Positions 10,782-20,961 of a DNA stretch of 64,000 nucleotides are shown one piece after another. The DNA comes from an uncultured bacterium (GTDB taxonomy: Bacteria > Patescibacteriota > Minisyncoccia > UBA6257 > 2-01-FULL-56-20): NCBI GenBank assembly GCA_963707865.1, contig OY970175.1:16748-80747 (forward strand), written 5' to 3'. Both the position numbers and the translations under genes were made by a program. The notes under the pieces were generated by a model, which was not told the origin of the DNA, did no database searches, and saw only the letters and a program-made list of their open reading frames with translations. The stretch's first letter is position 1, and every line of letters begins with the position of its first letter.

Positions 10782-10809
10782 TTTTTAATGTGTATTGTGG
10801 TAGTATATT
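10782..10809 (+). promoter_or_regulatory. promoter-like box TTTTTAATG-N13-TATATT (cassette promoter family, copy A)
   Basis: AGTTTTTAATGTGTATTGTGGTAGTATATTC ~22 nt upstream of the ATG at 10831; same box upstream of three other accessory units. Confidence 0.45.
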
Positions 10810-10830
10810 CGCACGGAACCGTTAGGCTTA

Positions 10831-11418
10831 ATGACCAAAATCATGGATGCGATAATTTCAATCCTCGTCTTTTTTGGAATCACTGCGGATAAATATCCGT
10901 TCGTGGCGTTGTTTGTGCTCTTGGGAACTTTGACTGTGGCGATAGGGTTCTGGCAAAACCAGAAAATAGATGGACTCGAGGTTAAGTTTGGGGCTGTGTT
11001 AGACGACGTGAGAGCCAGTGCGGGCAAAATTAAGAATAACATTATCGCTATAAAGACCTTTCTTGCTACAAAATGGCCGGAGGATTTCAATTTGTCGCTG
11101 ATGGAATCTATGAGTCCGTTGCGGATCAAGCCAAAGGGATTGGAAATCTTACAGCAAAGTGGATTCGTGAGCGTTATGGAGAATGCGGAATACCGCCGGA
11201 AGATATTATCTTATATTTCCGATCAGGAGCCGAAGACAAAATTAGACGTGGAAAGAAATGCTATTATTTATTTCCCTATGCTGCTGGAAGAAACATTCAC
11301 GCGGCCGATAAGCTCATATCTGTACAAGTTTCCCACAAAAAGAGAGGCATGCATGACGCTCGCGGCGCTCTATGTCCGCGACGAATACCTCAAAGAACAC
11401 CCAGAGATTACGGAATAA
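10831..11418 (+). CDS. hypothetical protein (N-terminal TM helix), AT-rich accessory gene
   Basis: 195 aa; visibly lower GC than flanks; no recognised domain. Confidence 0.4.
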   Translation: MTKIMDAIISILVFFGITADKYPFVALFVLLGTLTVAIGFWQNQKIDGLEVKFGAVLDDVRASAGKIKNNIIAIKTFLATKWPEDFNLSLMESMSPLRIKPKGLEILQQSGFVSVMENAEYRRKILSYISDQEPKTKLDVERNAIIYFPMLLEETFTRPISSYLYKFPTKREACMTLAALYVRDEYLKEHPEITE

Positions 11419-11421
11419 CGG

Positions 11422-13401
11422 TTACAGGTGATAGATGAAGATTGAGGTGCCGGCGCGGTAGTCGGGCGAGGGGACGCTGCCCATGCCCGGGGCGGGCGGC
11501 CTCAAAACCGTGAGCCACGAATAGGTGTCGGAGGCGTTGCGGACTTGGCCGGGAGCGAGCGGCTGGATCGCGCCCTCAAGCGTGTTTACGGAAACAGCGA
11601 GCCAGTGGATGCCGTGGTCTACGGGATTGCCTTTGGAGGAAGACCAGTCAACTTCTTTGTTCCCTAGATAATAGTGCGGATTTCCGCCGCCGAAATAATC
11701 CACGGCGATCTTGTCCACATCGGGATGCGTGGCGACCCACGCCTGGAGTCGCAGGAGGTCTTGCCCCCAGTCGTAGTTGGAATCGGTCACATAGTGATAT
11801 CCGTTCCAAATGCCGCCGCCGAGTTCATTGAAGTACGACAGGAAATATGGAGCGGCGAAGAGGGTTTCCAAAAGGAGCCAGATAAGCAGGACGACGAGAA
11901 AAAAATATTTGATGCTCGCGCGCACGAAAGATTTCGCCGCGGCGCTTAGGGAAGCAGCGATGGATGTGCCGAGCGAAGCCATGGTGGCGCCGCCCGGGGG
12001 CGAAATGCGGAAAGAGATATTTACAATCCATTTTTTCCAGACGCCTGCGGCAAGGATATAAATGAAAGGAAGCGTGGGCATGAGGTGGCGAAGCCCGATG
12101 TTCAACGGACTTTGCATGCTGTAGCCCCAATAGAGCACGATGAACGACGCCATGGAGAATTCCGGAAGGTTCACGCCGATGTAATCCAAAATGCGTTGCC
12201 CCCGGCGCCGGCCGAGGTACCTATCGCGTCGGATCATCCACCATGCGGCGAGCACGAGCGCCGTGAGCACGATGACGAGCGTGGGGATGGGTTCTTTGAG
12301 GAGGAAGAGGAGCGGGAAATAGGTCCAACCGCCGGCACCGCGCACTTCGCCCCAGAAATAGATGGTGTTGCCGCCGGCGGACCGCTGGAAGACCATAAGG
12401 ATGCCGAGCATGTATTGTGCGACTGGCCGCAGCACTGGATTTTTTGCCATCCAGAGGTCAATGTCGGCGAGGCAGCGCATGCCCGTGCAGTGCGCGCCCG
12501 CGGGCGCCGGGCCGTTTGCGAAAGAACCCAGAATGAACTGCGTATCGGAGGCCTGTTTTGTGATGGGATAATTGACAGTGAAAAGGAAATAGATCGGGTA
12601 GACGATACACACATAGCCGATCGCAAAGATGAGAATAAGGCGCCAGAGCCAACGCAGTCCGCGCATAAGAAACGTTTTGAAACGCCGCGATTGCTCCATT
12701 GTGCCGCGTTCGGCGATGACGTTGCGGAGCCAGAGTACGAAAGCAAGAAAGATGAAAAGCGGCACGAGGAACGGCGTGGAAAATTTTGTGATCTGCGCAA
12801 CACCAAAAGAAAGTCCCGCATACCAAAGGTGTTTTGTGGATGGCGATTCAACGAACTTCAGAAAGAAATAGGTGGCGAAGATGACGCCGAAGGCGGCACC
12901 CACATCCGTCGTCACATAATGACCATGGGCGAGCACGGTGGGATCAAGCGCGAAAAGTGCGGCGGGCAGGAGCGCCCACCAGTTGCCCATAAGTCCCCGT
13001 GCGAGGAGATAAATAAAGAGAACGACAAGGAGCGTGATCAAGATCGGGAAGATGCGCGCGGTTTGGATGATTGCGTTCGCGTCATTGCCCGATTGATAGA
13101 GGAATTGCGCGCCGACGTCCCACTGCGCGTTCACTTGGTTCTTCCATGCGTCGCTTTGAACGGGGAACGTGGGATTTAGAAAAAGCACCGGCAGCATTGC
13201 AAGCGCTTTTATAAGCGGCGGGTGCTCGGGATTCAGCCGGTAGTCAAGATTGTGCACATAGCCGTAGCCCGCCGGAATATGCGCAAGCTCGTCCATAATG
13301 GCCGAGTCGGTGCGCGAGGCCCAGAGCATGAGCGAGAAAGAGGCAAGACAGACGAGGGCGAGCGTCCACCACGCAAGACAAGAAGAAGTTTTCTTGAACA
13401 T
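11422..13401 (-). CDS. GT-C fold glycosyltransferase, PMT/ArnT (GT39/GT83-like) family
   Basis: 659 aa polytopic membrane protein; conserved DELAHIPAGYGY loop-1 motif of dolichyl/undecaprenyl-phosphate sugar transferases. Confidence 0.7.
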   Translation of the reverse strand: MFKKTSSCLAWWTLALVCLASFSLMLWASRTDSAIMDELAHIPAGYGYVHNLDYRLNPEHPPLIKALAMLPVLFLNPTFPVQSDAWKNQVNAQWDVGAQFLYQSGNDANAIIQTARIFPILITLLVVLFIYLLARGLMGNWWALLPAALFALDPTVLAHGHYVTTDVGAAFGVIFATYFFLKFVESPSTKHLWYAGLSFGVAQITKFSTPFLVPLFIFLAFVLWLRNVIAERGTMEQSRRFKTFLMRGLRWLWRLILIFAIGYVCIVYPIYFLFTVNYPITKQASDTQFILGSFANGPAPAGAHCTGMRCLADIDLWMAKNPVLRPVAQYMLGILMVFQRSAGGNTIYFWGEVRGAGGWTYFPLLFLLKEPIPTLVIVLTALVLAAWWMIRRDRYLGRRRGQRILDYIGVNLPEFSMASFIVLYWGYSMQSPLNIGLRHLMPTLPFIYILAAGVWKKWIVNISFRISPPGGATMASLGTSIAASLSAAAKSFVRASIKYFFLVVLLIWLLLETLFAAPYFLSYFNELGGGIWNGYHYVTDSNYDWGQDLLRLQAWVATHPDVDKIAVDYFGGGNPHYYLGNKEVDWSSSKGNPVDHGIHWLAVSVNTLEGAIQPLAPGQVRNASDTYSWLTVLRPPAPGMGSVPSPDYRAGTSIFIYHL

Positions 13402-13412
13402 TGCTTTTATTA

Positions 13413-13447
13413 TAGCGTAGAACCCATCCTATATGTGAGATGGGTTC
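13413..13447. promoter_or_regulatory. conserved 16-nt motif TAGCGTAGAACCCATC plus palindrome (GAACCCATC-N10-GATGGGTTC), copy 1
   Basis: Begins 12 nt after the divergent start codon at 13401; same motif and geometry at 21670. Confidence 0.5.
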
Positions 13448-13473
13448 TAAAGAGATGATGGTACAATACAACT

Positions 13474-15504
13474 ATGCAAGGTACTGTTCCGCCGCCGCGC
13501 AAAGACGAGGAGGTTCGTCCCAGCGACCTCGTGAAAGTTATCAAACAGGAACCTAAGGACGAGGCGTTGGAGAAAAAAAGATCGTTGCCCCGCAAGCCTC
13601 GCTTCCCGAAAGGTATTGCATGGGGGATTGCGGGGCTTGTCGTGCTTTTCGTCGGCGGCTCAATTGCCTCTCTTTACCTCATCCGCGCCAAGGTGGCATC
13701 TTCATTCTCAACGAGCCTCGGGACGCTTCGCTTGGGTGTGGAAGACCTTCAAAATTTTGATCCCCAGTCTGCCGCGCAGAAATTTTCTTCTTTGCAGGAT
13801 CTTTCCTCGGGGGATCTTGGCACTGCCGTGAAAACATTCGGGTCTCTTTTGGGGGGAGGGGGCGGTGCCATCACGTCGCTCGTCGACATTTCCAAACAAC
13901 TCACGCTTTTTGCGCAAGAAGTGAGCGACGTGGCGTCAAGCTCGTACGGGTTTTTTACAAACGGACAGGGAGGGCCTTTCATTGCTGACCTCGGCCGTAT
14001 ACGCGACACGCTAGGTACGATTGATGCCGCAAGCGATCAACTAACGGGCACGGCATCGCTGTTCGGAGGGCTTTCTTCGTTCGGGGGCAACGATTTTTAT
14101 CTTTCGCTCAAAACGCAGATTAAGAGCACGAAGAATATGCTGGACGTTCTTTTGCCCTGGTTCTCCGATCCGCATCCCCATCACTTCCTTGTGCTTTTGG
14201 AAAATCCTTCGGAGATGCGTCCCGCGGGAGGATTTCTCGGAAGCTATGCGGATGTTACGATGACGAGCGGTACCATAACCGACGTCGCCGTGCATGATAT
14301 TGCGGACGTTGACGCGGCATTCAATCGCAACATCATCCCCCCGAAGCCGTTGCAGCTTGAGGTGACAAGATGGCGGCCGGCAGATGCGAACTGGTTTTTT
14401 GATTTTCCGACCTCTGCTTCAAAAACCATCGCTTTTTTTGAGGAATCGGCCCTTTACGCAAATGCTTCCACGACGTTTGACGGCGCCGTTGCGATTTCGC
14501 CGAAGGTAATCGGGGATCTCTTGGCCATCACGGGCCCGATTTCCGTAGGGAGGTCAACGACGACCTTCACGGTGGATAACTTCCTCGTTCAGATTCAAAA
14601 GATCGTCCAAAGCGGCCAGTCATTGTCCGCCACCTATCCCAAGCAGGTCATCGGCGATCTTTCAAAAGCGATTTTCGCGGCGCTTGCCTCTTCTACTACT
14701 ACAGACGGGCATGGCGCACTGCTTGCCATGGTGCTTAATTGGATAACCAATAAAGACGTGATGGTATATTTCAAAGATCCGGCGATGGAAGCCGTTGCGG
14801 ACGCGAACGGCGCTTCGGGCGCGGTCTATGCGTTGCCGCAGAAATTCAACGGCGATTACCTCGCAGTCGTGGATGCGAACGTAAACGGCGGGAAATCGGA
14901 CTTATATGTCTCAAGCACGATCGCCTATACCGCACAAATCAATCCGGACGGTACGATGACAGGGCACCTTGTCGTAGCGCGGAAGCACAATGGCAACAAA
15001 AGCCCGTATTCGTGGTATCGGGCGACGAATCAGGATTACGTGCAGATCTTCGTTCCAGAGGGCACGACGCTCGCGAATGTTTCCGGTACCGTTTTGAAAA
15101 AAATTACGCCGCCGATCAACTATGCAAAAAAGGGCTACATAACCGACCCCGCTGTTTCTACAATTGAGTCAACGGAGCAGACCCTCTTCGCGTATCCGGG
15201 CATCGCGTGGCACGAAGAGTCCGGGAAGCAGGTGTTTACGACGTGGTCTGTCGTGAAGGCAGGGGCTTCCACGCAATTCTCACTTGACTACACGCACCCC
15301 ATGTCCGTTCCTCCCGCGGAGGGCGTGACATACCAGTTTGTTTTTGAAAAACAGGCGGGCACGCATCGGTCATATGAATATGACATTGACGCGCCGCTTG
15401 GCTATGTCTTTGTTGAAAACGGCGGCCTCGCGACATATTTGTATCAGTCCGACGATCCGCCCGGGCGGCTCATCTTCAATTTGACGTTGCAGAAACTTCA
15501 GTAG
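13474..15504 (+). CDS. membrane-anchored extracytoplasmic protein (DUF4012-like)
   Basis: 676 aa; basic N-terminus, one TM helix, large Gly/Ser/Thr-rich ectodomain; divergent from the GT39 gene. Confidence 0.45.
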   Translation: MQGTVPPPRKDEEVRPSDLVKVIKQEPKDEALEKKRSLPRKPRFPKGIAWGIAGLVVLFVGGSIASLYLIRAKVASSFSTSLGTLRLGVEDLQNFDPQSAAQKFSSLQDLSSGDLGTAVKTFGSLLGGGGGAITSLVDISKQLTLFAQEVSDVASSSYGFFTNGQGGPFIADLGRIRDTLGTIDAASDQLTGTASLFGGLSSFGGNDFYLSLKTQIKSTKNMLDVLLPWFSDPHPHHFLVLLENPSEMRPAGGFLGSYADVTMTSGTITDVAVHDIADVDAAFNRNIIPPKPLQLEVTRWRPADANWFFDFPTSASKTIAFFEESALYANASTTFDGAVAISPKVIGDLLAITGPISVGRSTTTFTVDNFLVQIQKIVQSGQSLSATYPKQVIGDLSKAIFAALASSTTTDGHGALLAMVLNWITNKDVMVYFKDPAMEAVADANGASGAVYALPQKFNGDYLAVVDANVNGGKSDLYVSSTIAYTAQINPDGTMTGHLVVARKHNGNKSPYSWYRATNQDYVQIFVPEGTTLANVSGTVLKKITPPINYAKKGYITDPAVSTIESTEQTLFAYPGIAWHEESGKQVFTTWSVVKAGASTQFSLDYTHPMSVPPAEGVTYQFVFEKQAGTHRSYEYDIDAPLGYVFVENGGLATYLYQSDDPPGRLIFNLTLQKLQ

Positions 15505-15514
15505 GAAAACCGCG

Positions 15515-15595
15515 ATGGAGAATCTCACGCGCACAAGAAATTTCGTCATTATCGCCCATATTGATATCGCACGTTGCGACAACGCAACGGCATGA
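15515..15595 (+). other. remnant or duplicated 5' fragment of lepA (MENLTRTRNFVIIAHIDI...) with CGTTGCG-ACAA-CGCAACG hairpin
   Basis: 26-codon ORF whose codons 9-18 repeat the authentic lepA N-terminus (RNFVIIAHID) with synonymous changes; ends at the lepA start. Confidence 0.5.
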
Positions 15596-15599
15596 ATCT

Positions 15600-17429
15600 A
15601 TGAATAATATTCGAAACTTTGTTATCATCGCCCACATTGATTCGGGGAAGTCCACGCTTGCAGATCGTTTTTTGGAGATCACGGGAACGGTGCCCATGCG
15701 CTCTATGCGCGCGCAGTATTTGGACCGCCTGCCCTTGGAGCGCGAGCGGGGGATCACGATCAAGATGGCGCCGGTGCGGATGGCATATAGCGTGGACGGC
15801 AAGGAATATATTTTGAATCTGATCGACACGCCGGGACACTCGGATTTTTCGTATGAGGTTTCTCGCGCGCTCGCGGCGGTGGAGGGGGCGATACTTTTGA
15901 TTGACGGCACAAGAGGGATCCAGGCGCAGACGCTGTCCAATTTGCGCGCGGCGCAGAAAGCGGGGCTCACGATTATCCCCGCCGTGAACAAGATTGATCT
16001 CGCACTGCCGCAGATTGAAAGGGTGGTGGAATCGGTCGTCGAACTTTTGCACATGCCGAAGGAGAGCGTGCACCGAGTTTCCGCAAAGACCGGCGAAGGC
16101 GTGAGGGAATTATTGGACACGGTAGTGCGGGAAGTGCCGCCCCCTCGCGACGTTCCCGCGGATGCAAAATCCTCTCTGAACGCAAATCGCGGCGGTGGTG
16201 CCCATGACGCCGGAAAAGCTCTTATCTTTGATTCGCTCTATGATGATCACAAGGGCATCATTGCTTTCATACGCGTGTTCGGCGGCGAGTTCAAAACCGA
16301 GAACATGCGGTTTATGGCAACGGGCGTTGCGTTCAAACCGAAGGAAGTGGGCTATTTCACGCCGGACCCCGTGGCGTCGCCTGCGATCGTAAACGGCGAG
16401 ATCGGCTATCTTGCGACAGGACTCAAGGAACCGTCGCGCGTGAAAATCGGAGATACGGTGCTTGCGACCCACCACGGAGGAGGAGAAGTCGGCGCGGATG
16501 CGTTGCCCGGCTATCGGGAACCGGCACCAGTCGTATTCATTTCGTTCTACCCCGACCACGATACGAAGTTTGACGACCTCAAACGCGCGTTTGAGAAGCT
16601 GCGCTTGAATGACGCAGCGTTTTCCTTTGAGCCTGACGCGAACGAGGCGCTCGGCCGCGGCCTTAAAGTCGGTTTTCTTGGACAGCTTCACTTTGAGATC
16701 ACCGCGAGCCGCTTGGAACGGGAATATAACCTGCAATTTTTAACGAGTTTTCCTACGATTGCGTACCGCGTACAGGATCGCGGCGTGGTGCGCGTGATCA
16801 AGCAACCGCAGGATTTTCCGGACAAGCCGGAGAAAGTGTGGGAACCCTTTGTTCGTTTGGAAATCCTCACGCCGCAGAAATATTTAAGTGCGGTCGTCAA
16901 CTTGCAGACCGTATTTGATATTGAGATCGCGCAAGTAAAGAACATCGGCGAAAATCTTTTGATAGAAGCGAAGATGCCTTTGCGTGAGTTGATCCGCGAT
17001 TTTGATGACCGGTTAAAATCGTCATCGCAAGGATATGCATCGTTCACCTACGAGCTTGCCGGGGAGCAGGAAGCAGAGGTGGAAAAATTGGAAATTTTAG
17101 TTGTGGACGAAGTGGTGCCCGCGCTCACGCGCATCGTTCCCAAAAAAGATCTTGAGCGCGAGGGGAGGCAGACCGTGGAGCGGCTGAAGGAACTTTTGCC
17201 GAAGGAGCAGTTTGCGCAGGCGATCCAAGCAAAGGCACTTGGCCGCATCATCGCGCGCGAAACGATCCCGGCAATGAAAAAGTTGTTGGGCAATTTCGGG
17301 AAGACCGGCGGCGACCGCACGCGGAAGATGAAGCTATGGAAAAAGCAGAAACGCGGGAAGGAGAAACTCGCCGGCATGGCCCGGGTGGAGCTCACGCCGG
17401 AGGTGTTTCGCGAGATACTGAAAAAGTAG
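15600..17429 (+). CDS. lepA: elongation factor 4 (LepA)
   Basis: G1 motif AHIDSGKST, DTPGHSDF, C-terminal LepA domain; start trimmed to MNNIRNF. Confidence 0.9.
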   Translation: MNNIRNFVIIAHIDSGKSTLADRFLEITGTVPMRSMRAQYLDRLPLERERGITIKMAPVRMAYSVDGKEYILNLIDTPGHSDFSYEVSRALAAVEGAILLIDGTRGIQAQTLSNLRAAQKAGLTIIPAVNKIDLALPQIERVVESVVELLHMPKESVHRVSAKTGEGVRELLDTVVREVPPPRDVPADAKSSLNANRGGGAHDAGKALIFDSLYDDHKGIIAFIRVFGGEFKTENMRFMATGVAFKPKEVGYFTPDPVASPAIVNGEIGYLATGLKEPSRVKIGDTVLATHHGGGEVGADALPGYREPAPVVFISFYPDHDTKFDDLKRAFEKLRLNDAAFSFEPDANEALGRGLKVGFLGQLHFEITASRLEREYNLQFLTSFPTIAYRVQDRGVVRVIKQPQDFPDKPEKVWEPFVRLEILTPQKYLSAVVNLQTVFDIEIAQVKNIGENLLIEAKMPLRELIRDFDDRLKSSSQGYASFTYELAGEQEAEVEKLEILVVDEVVPALTRIVPKKDLEREGRQTVERLKELLPKEQFAQAIQAKALGRIIARETIPAMKKLLGNFGKTGGDRTRKMKLWKKQKRGKEKLAGMARVELTPEVFREILKK

Positions 17430-17483
17430 CACAAGACGGCACGCCGTCTTGTGCGTTTCTTTTTGAGAATCTAAACTGAAGCT

Positions 17484-17774
17484 ATGAAGATTGTAGGAGC
17501 AGCTATTCTCTTTGTTATTCTTGTTTTGGTGGGAGCGCGAGTGTATTCGTTTTTCGCGCAGGAAAAGCAATTAAGCGCGGACCTTGCGGACATTCAGGCA
17601 CGGCTTACAAAGGCGCAATACGACGAGGTAAGTTTGCAATCGGAGGTGCAATACCTCGCAAATCCGCTCAACTTGGAGAAAGAGCTCCGCGCGCGGTTCA
17701 ACTACAAAAAACCCGGCGAGACGATGATTATTATCGTACCCGCGCAAAGTTCCACGGCGACGACCACAGATTAA
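17484..17774 (+). CDS. FtsB/DivIC-like septum formation initiator
   Basis: N-terminal TM helix, coiled coil, C-terminal NYKKPGETMIIIV matching the FtsB/DivIC family. Confidence 0.55.
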   Translation: MKIVGAAILFVILVLVGARVYSFFAQEKQLSADLADIQARLTKAQYDEVSLQSEVQYLANPLNLEKELRARFNYKKPGETMIIIVPAQSSTATTTD

Positions 17775-17800
17775 AAAAAGATTAAAGAACCTTTGACGAA

Positions 17801-18169
17801 ATGATTGCGACGGCTACCATAAATTCCATGGGGCACATGACACTTGAAAAGCTGGCGCTCATGATGGGAGCCGAATTCAAAAATATTGATCAGCGTTTTG
17901 AGGGGGTGTACGAGGAAATCGGCCGCTTGGGCCGCCGCATGGAGGCAGGTTTTCAAACCATGCGGGCGGAGATGAGCGATATAAGAAGCGATATTTTCGC
18001 ACTGAAGGAAGATATGAAAGAAGTTAAGGAGGATATTGGGATGATGAAGAAGGATATCGAGACGATGAAGGAGGATACAGACGTTCTCAAAAAAGAATCG
18101 CAGATTCACCATGCGGAACTTGCCGGTCTCGATGGCCGGGTGGTGCGTCTTGAAAAAGGAGTTATATGA
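17801..18169 (+). CDS. coiled-coil hypothetical protein
   Basis: 122 aa, heptad-rich EDMKEVKEDIGMMKKDIETMKED; 4-nt overlap with pcm start. Confidence 0.35.
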   Translation: MIATATINSMGHMTLEKLALMMGAEFKNIDQRFEGVYEEIGRLGRRMEAGFQTMRAEMSDIRSDIFALKEDMKEVKEDIGMMKKDIETMKEDTDVLKKESQIHHAELAGLDGRVVRLEKGVI

Positions 18170-18807
18170 AGGTTGATGCCGAAGAACTTATACGCGATTT
18201 GATCGCGGAAGGATATTTGAAAACGTCCACGCTCGTGAGCGCGTTCCGGGCGATCGACCGCAAGGATTTCGTGTTGCCGGAATACGCCGGGGAGGCGTAC
18301 GGGAATTATCCGTTGCCGATCGGGTTCGGACAGACGATTTCCCAGCCGCTTACGGTCGCATTCATGCTGGAGCTCCTCGCTCCGCGCGCAGGAGAAAAAA
18401 TTTTGGACATCGGCTCGGGCTCTGGGTGGCAAACCGCCCTTTTGGCGCATGTGGTGAGCGGGGGAGGAAATGCGCATGGCCGCGTGACGGCGATGGAGCG
18501 GATTTCCGAACTCAAAGCGATGACCGAGCGCAACGTGGAGAAATACGGTTTCGTAACGCGCGGCATCGTGCGGGCGGTACTTGGCGACGGTTCAAAAGGA
18601 TATGCCGCGGGCGCGCCGTACGACAAGATCATTGCCGCGGCGGCGGGGGGAGAAATTCCTGCTGCGTGGAGAGAACAACTCCGGCCGGGCGGGAGGATCG
18701 TAGCGCCAGTAAGGGAGAGTGTCGTTGCTATGGATAAAACCAAAAAAGGAGATTTCAAAATACGGGAATATCACGGTTTCAGCTTTGTGCCGCTCGTGGA
18801 AGATTAA
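18166..18807 (+). CDS. pcm: protein-L-isoaspartate O-methyltransferase
   Basis: GQTISQP substrate motif and LDIGSGSGWQTA SAM-binding motif. Confidence 0.85.
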   Translation: MKVDAEELIRDLIAEGYLKTSTLVSAFRAIDRKDFVLPEYAGEAYGNYPLPIGFGQTISQPLTVAFMLELLAPRAGEKILDIGSGSGWQTALLAHVVSGGGNAHGRVTAMERISELKAMTERNVEKYGFVTRGIVRAVLGDGSKGYAAGAPYDKIIAAAAGGEIPAAWREQLRPGGRIVAPVRESVVAMDKTKKGDFKIREYHGFSFVPLVED

Positions 18808-18858
18808 TTTGCGCTGACCGTTGAACCCCGCCGAGCGCGGTGGTACAATGCCTGTGTC

Positions 18859-18929
18859 GCGGGTGTAGTACAGTGGCAGTACGGTAGCTTCCCAAGCTAT
18901 AGACGAGGGTTCGATTCCCTTCACCCGCT
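18859..18929 (+). tRNA. tRNA-Gly (anticodon CCC)
   Basis: Hand-folded cloverleaf: acceptor GCGGGTG/CACCCGC, D arm GTAC-AGTGGCA-GTAC, anticodon loop TTCCCAA, T arm GAGGG-TTCGATT-CCCTT; CCA not encoded. Confidence 0.8.
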
Positions 18930-18991
18930 CAATAAGAATGGAAAGGTGTTACCATTAAAGTAAGCTGCGTGATATCCCGAGGAAACAAACA

Positions 18992-20080
18992 ATGAGCGAG
19001 AGACCAGAAATTTATGTTCCCAGCGTTGCTCGCTTTCCTGACGATCTCAGAGCAAGGTACGATTTGTTGGAGCCCGCGCGGGAAAAGGGATACAAAACGG
19101 GCCTTATGTTGGTGTTGCGGCAGGGCGATTTTTCTGCAGAAGAAACGAAAAAACAGTTGGGTAATCTAGATCCTTATGTTAAGCTCGGCGGCGCAGAACG
19201 ACCAGCCGTCTTTGCTATGCATCCTAACATGCCATTGGAAGGGAAAGAGCGATTGAATCTGCTCGATAATCCCGGCTTTTCTCGGGAATATATCGAGCAA
19301 GGGATAGAACTAGCCGCTCGCATACCCGACGAGCTATCTTCCGAACAGGGTCGCGCGATCAGTTTTCACCTCAATACGTTGATAAAGCCCCAACAGTGGA
19401 CATCAGATAAAGAATATTGGGCAGAGGCCTTTGCGGGGGTGCTGGACACCGTAAGGAAGATAACAACATTCGGTAAAGAGCACGGCGTGAAGGTGGCCAT
19501 TGAAACGGTCCCAATTCCAGAATTTGGCGACATTAAAAAGAGTCCAAAATCGCTTCTGGGCGATGGTCATACTTACTGGGCCGATCTGGGCAATCCCTGG
19601 CCGCTGTTATTTTGGCGAGATGAAATTGCCAAGGTGAGGGCTGCCGGTTCCGGATTGGCCATAGATATTTGTCACTCGTTTGTCGCTTTACGGGCGGTGC
19701 ACGAGATCGGCCGTCTGATCAAATCGGGCAAGAAAAATGATGCTTTATCAACGTATATGGTACATGAGGACGATGTAAGCAAGGCCCCGCCTATTGGACA
19801 ATTTGGTGAGACGGTGATAGGCAATACTCAGCGTGGCGATATTTGGCATATGAATGATGCAAAAAGCGCTTATGCTACGCCACGACTCCATGGTGATGAG
19901 AAATACTTCGAAGAAGGTATCGCTTTGTTCGACGGAGACATTCCGGCGGATATTTTAAGGAAATTAATACGAGCTGGCTTGGAAAAGCAAATTAAATTTG
20001 TGTTAGAGATTAATGAAAAAGATTTTAAAAACAATCCGAGTACCAAAAAATCGTTGGATTTTGTTCTGCGAGAAAGTTAA
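18992..20080 (+). CDS. xylose-isomerase-like TIM-barrel protein (sugar phosphate isomerase/epimerase family)
   Basis: 362 aa with VAIETVP and AIDICHSF strand motifs; AT-richer than neighbours; directly downstream of tRNA-Gly. Confidence 0.4.
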   Translation: MSERPEIYVPSVARFPDDLRARYDLLEPAREKGYKTGLMLVLRQGDFSAEETKKQLGNLDPYVKLGGAERPAVFAMHPNMPLEGKERLNLLDNPGFSREYIEQGIELAARIPDELSSEQGRAISFHLNTLIKPQQWTSDKEYWAEAFAGVLDTVRKITTFGKEHGVKVAIETVPIPEFGDIKKSPKSLLGDGHTYWADLGNPWPLLFWRDEIAKVRAAGSGLAIDICHSFVALRAVHEIGRLIKSGKKNDALSTYMVHEDDVSKAPPIGQFGETVIGNTQRGDIWHMNDAKSAYATPRLHGDEKYFEEGIALFDGDIPADILRKLIRAGLEKQIKFVLEINEKDFKNNPSTKKSLDFVLRES

Positions 20081-20151
20081 AAAACGGTGAGTTCCGTTTT
20101 GGGTTCAAGCGAAGAGCGTTGCGGATAGAGTAGAAAATATTCCGCGATAGA

Positions 20152-20961
20152 CTATTCTTTTTTCTTGAACAAGCTCAATAAAAAGAGCGCGGCGGCCGTG
20201 ACGACGATCGTGGGGCCTTGTTCCAGCGCGTAGTGCGCGGAGAGGTAAAACCCGACGAGCATTGCGGCGATGGAAAGCGCTATGGAGGTTATGAGGAACA
20301 TGCCGAGCGAATGGGTGAACTGGCGCGCGGCGGAGGCGGGAATGATGATGAGGGAACCCACAAGCAATGCGCCGAGGAAGCGCAACGAAACAAGGATAGC
20401 GAGGCCAAAGACGAGCAAAAACCAAAGGTTCACGGTGTTCACGTTGATACCGGCGGAGGCAGCGAGTTCTGGGGAAAAGAGGGCAATGATCAATTTGTTG
20501 CGCAGCACCCAGAGCGCTGCAATGACGATTATACTCACCGCCATCCCGAAGATGAATCCGCCGGCAGAGAGATTTCCAAATCCGCCGAAGAGTGCATCAA
20601 CAAGATCTTCGGTGGAATGAATAAGAAGTGCGCCCAGTGCCACGGAACTTGCAAAGATGACGCCGATCGCAGCCTCGGCGGAAAGTTCGGTGGATTTTTG
20701 AAGATGCCAAATAAGAAGAATACCGATGAGGAGAGTGAGCCCGCCGCCCGCGAGGGGATTGATCTTCCAGACGATGGCGAGGCCCAACCCAGGGATTGCG
20801 ATGTGCGACATTACGTCGCCTGCGAGCACCGTCCGTTTCATCAGTGCGAAGGCACCGACGAGGCCTGCGGCTGCGGCGGCAAAAATAGCGAGCGTGATGG
20901 AATAAATATCAGTGAGGGTCATGGAGATGGTGGAAGTGGTGGAAATATTTGTGCGGTCCAT
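20152..20961 (-). CDS. metal (Zn/Mn) ABC transporter permease, ABC-3 family
   Basis: Eight hydrophobic segments; ZnuB/MntB/TroCD-like; a start at MTLTDIYS (20922) would remove most of the 53-nt overlap with the ATPase gene. Confidence 0.8.
   Translation of the reverse strand: MDRTNISTTSTISMTLTDIYSITLAIFAAAAAGLVGAFALMKRTVLAGDVMSHIAIPGLGLAIVWKINPLAGGGLTLLIGILLIWHLQKSTELSAEAAIGVIFASSVALGALLIHSTEDLVDALFGGFGNLSAGGFIFGMAVSIIVIAALWVLRNKLIIALFSPELAASAGINVNTVNLWFLLVFGLAILVSLRFLGALLVGSLIIIPASAARQFTHSLGMFLITSIALSIAAMLVGFYLSAHYALEQGPTIVVTAAALFLLSLFKKKE

Noticed and set aside
18592-18924. 110-aa minus-strand ORF
   Set aside because: Overlaps the tRNA-Gly gene completely; spurious
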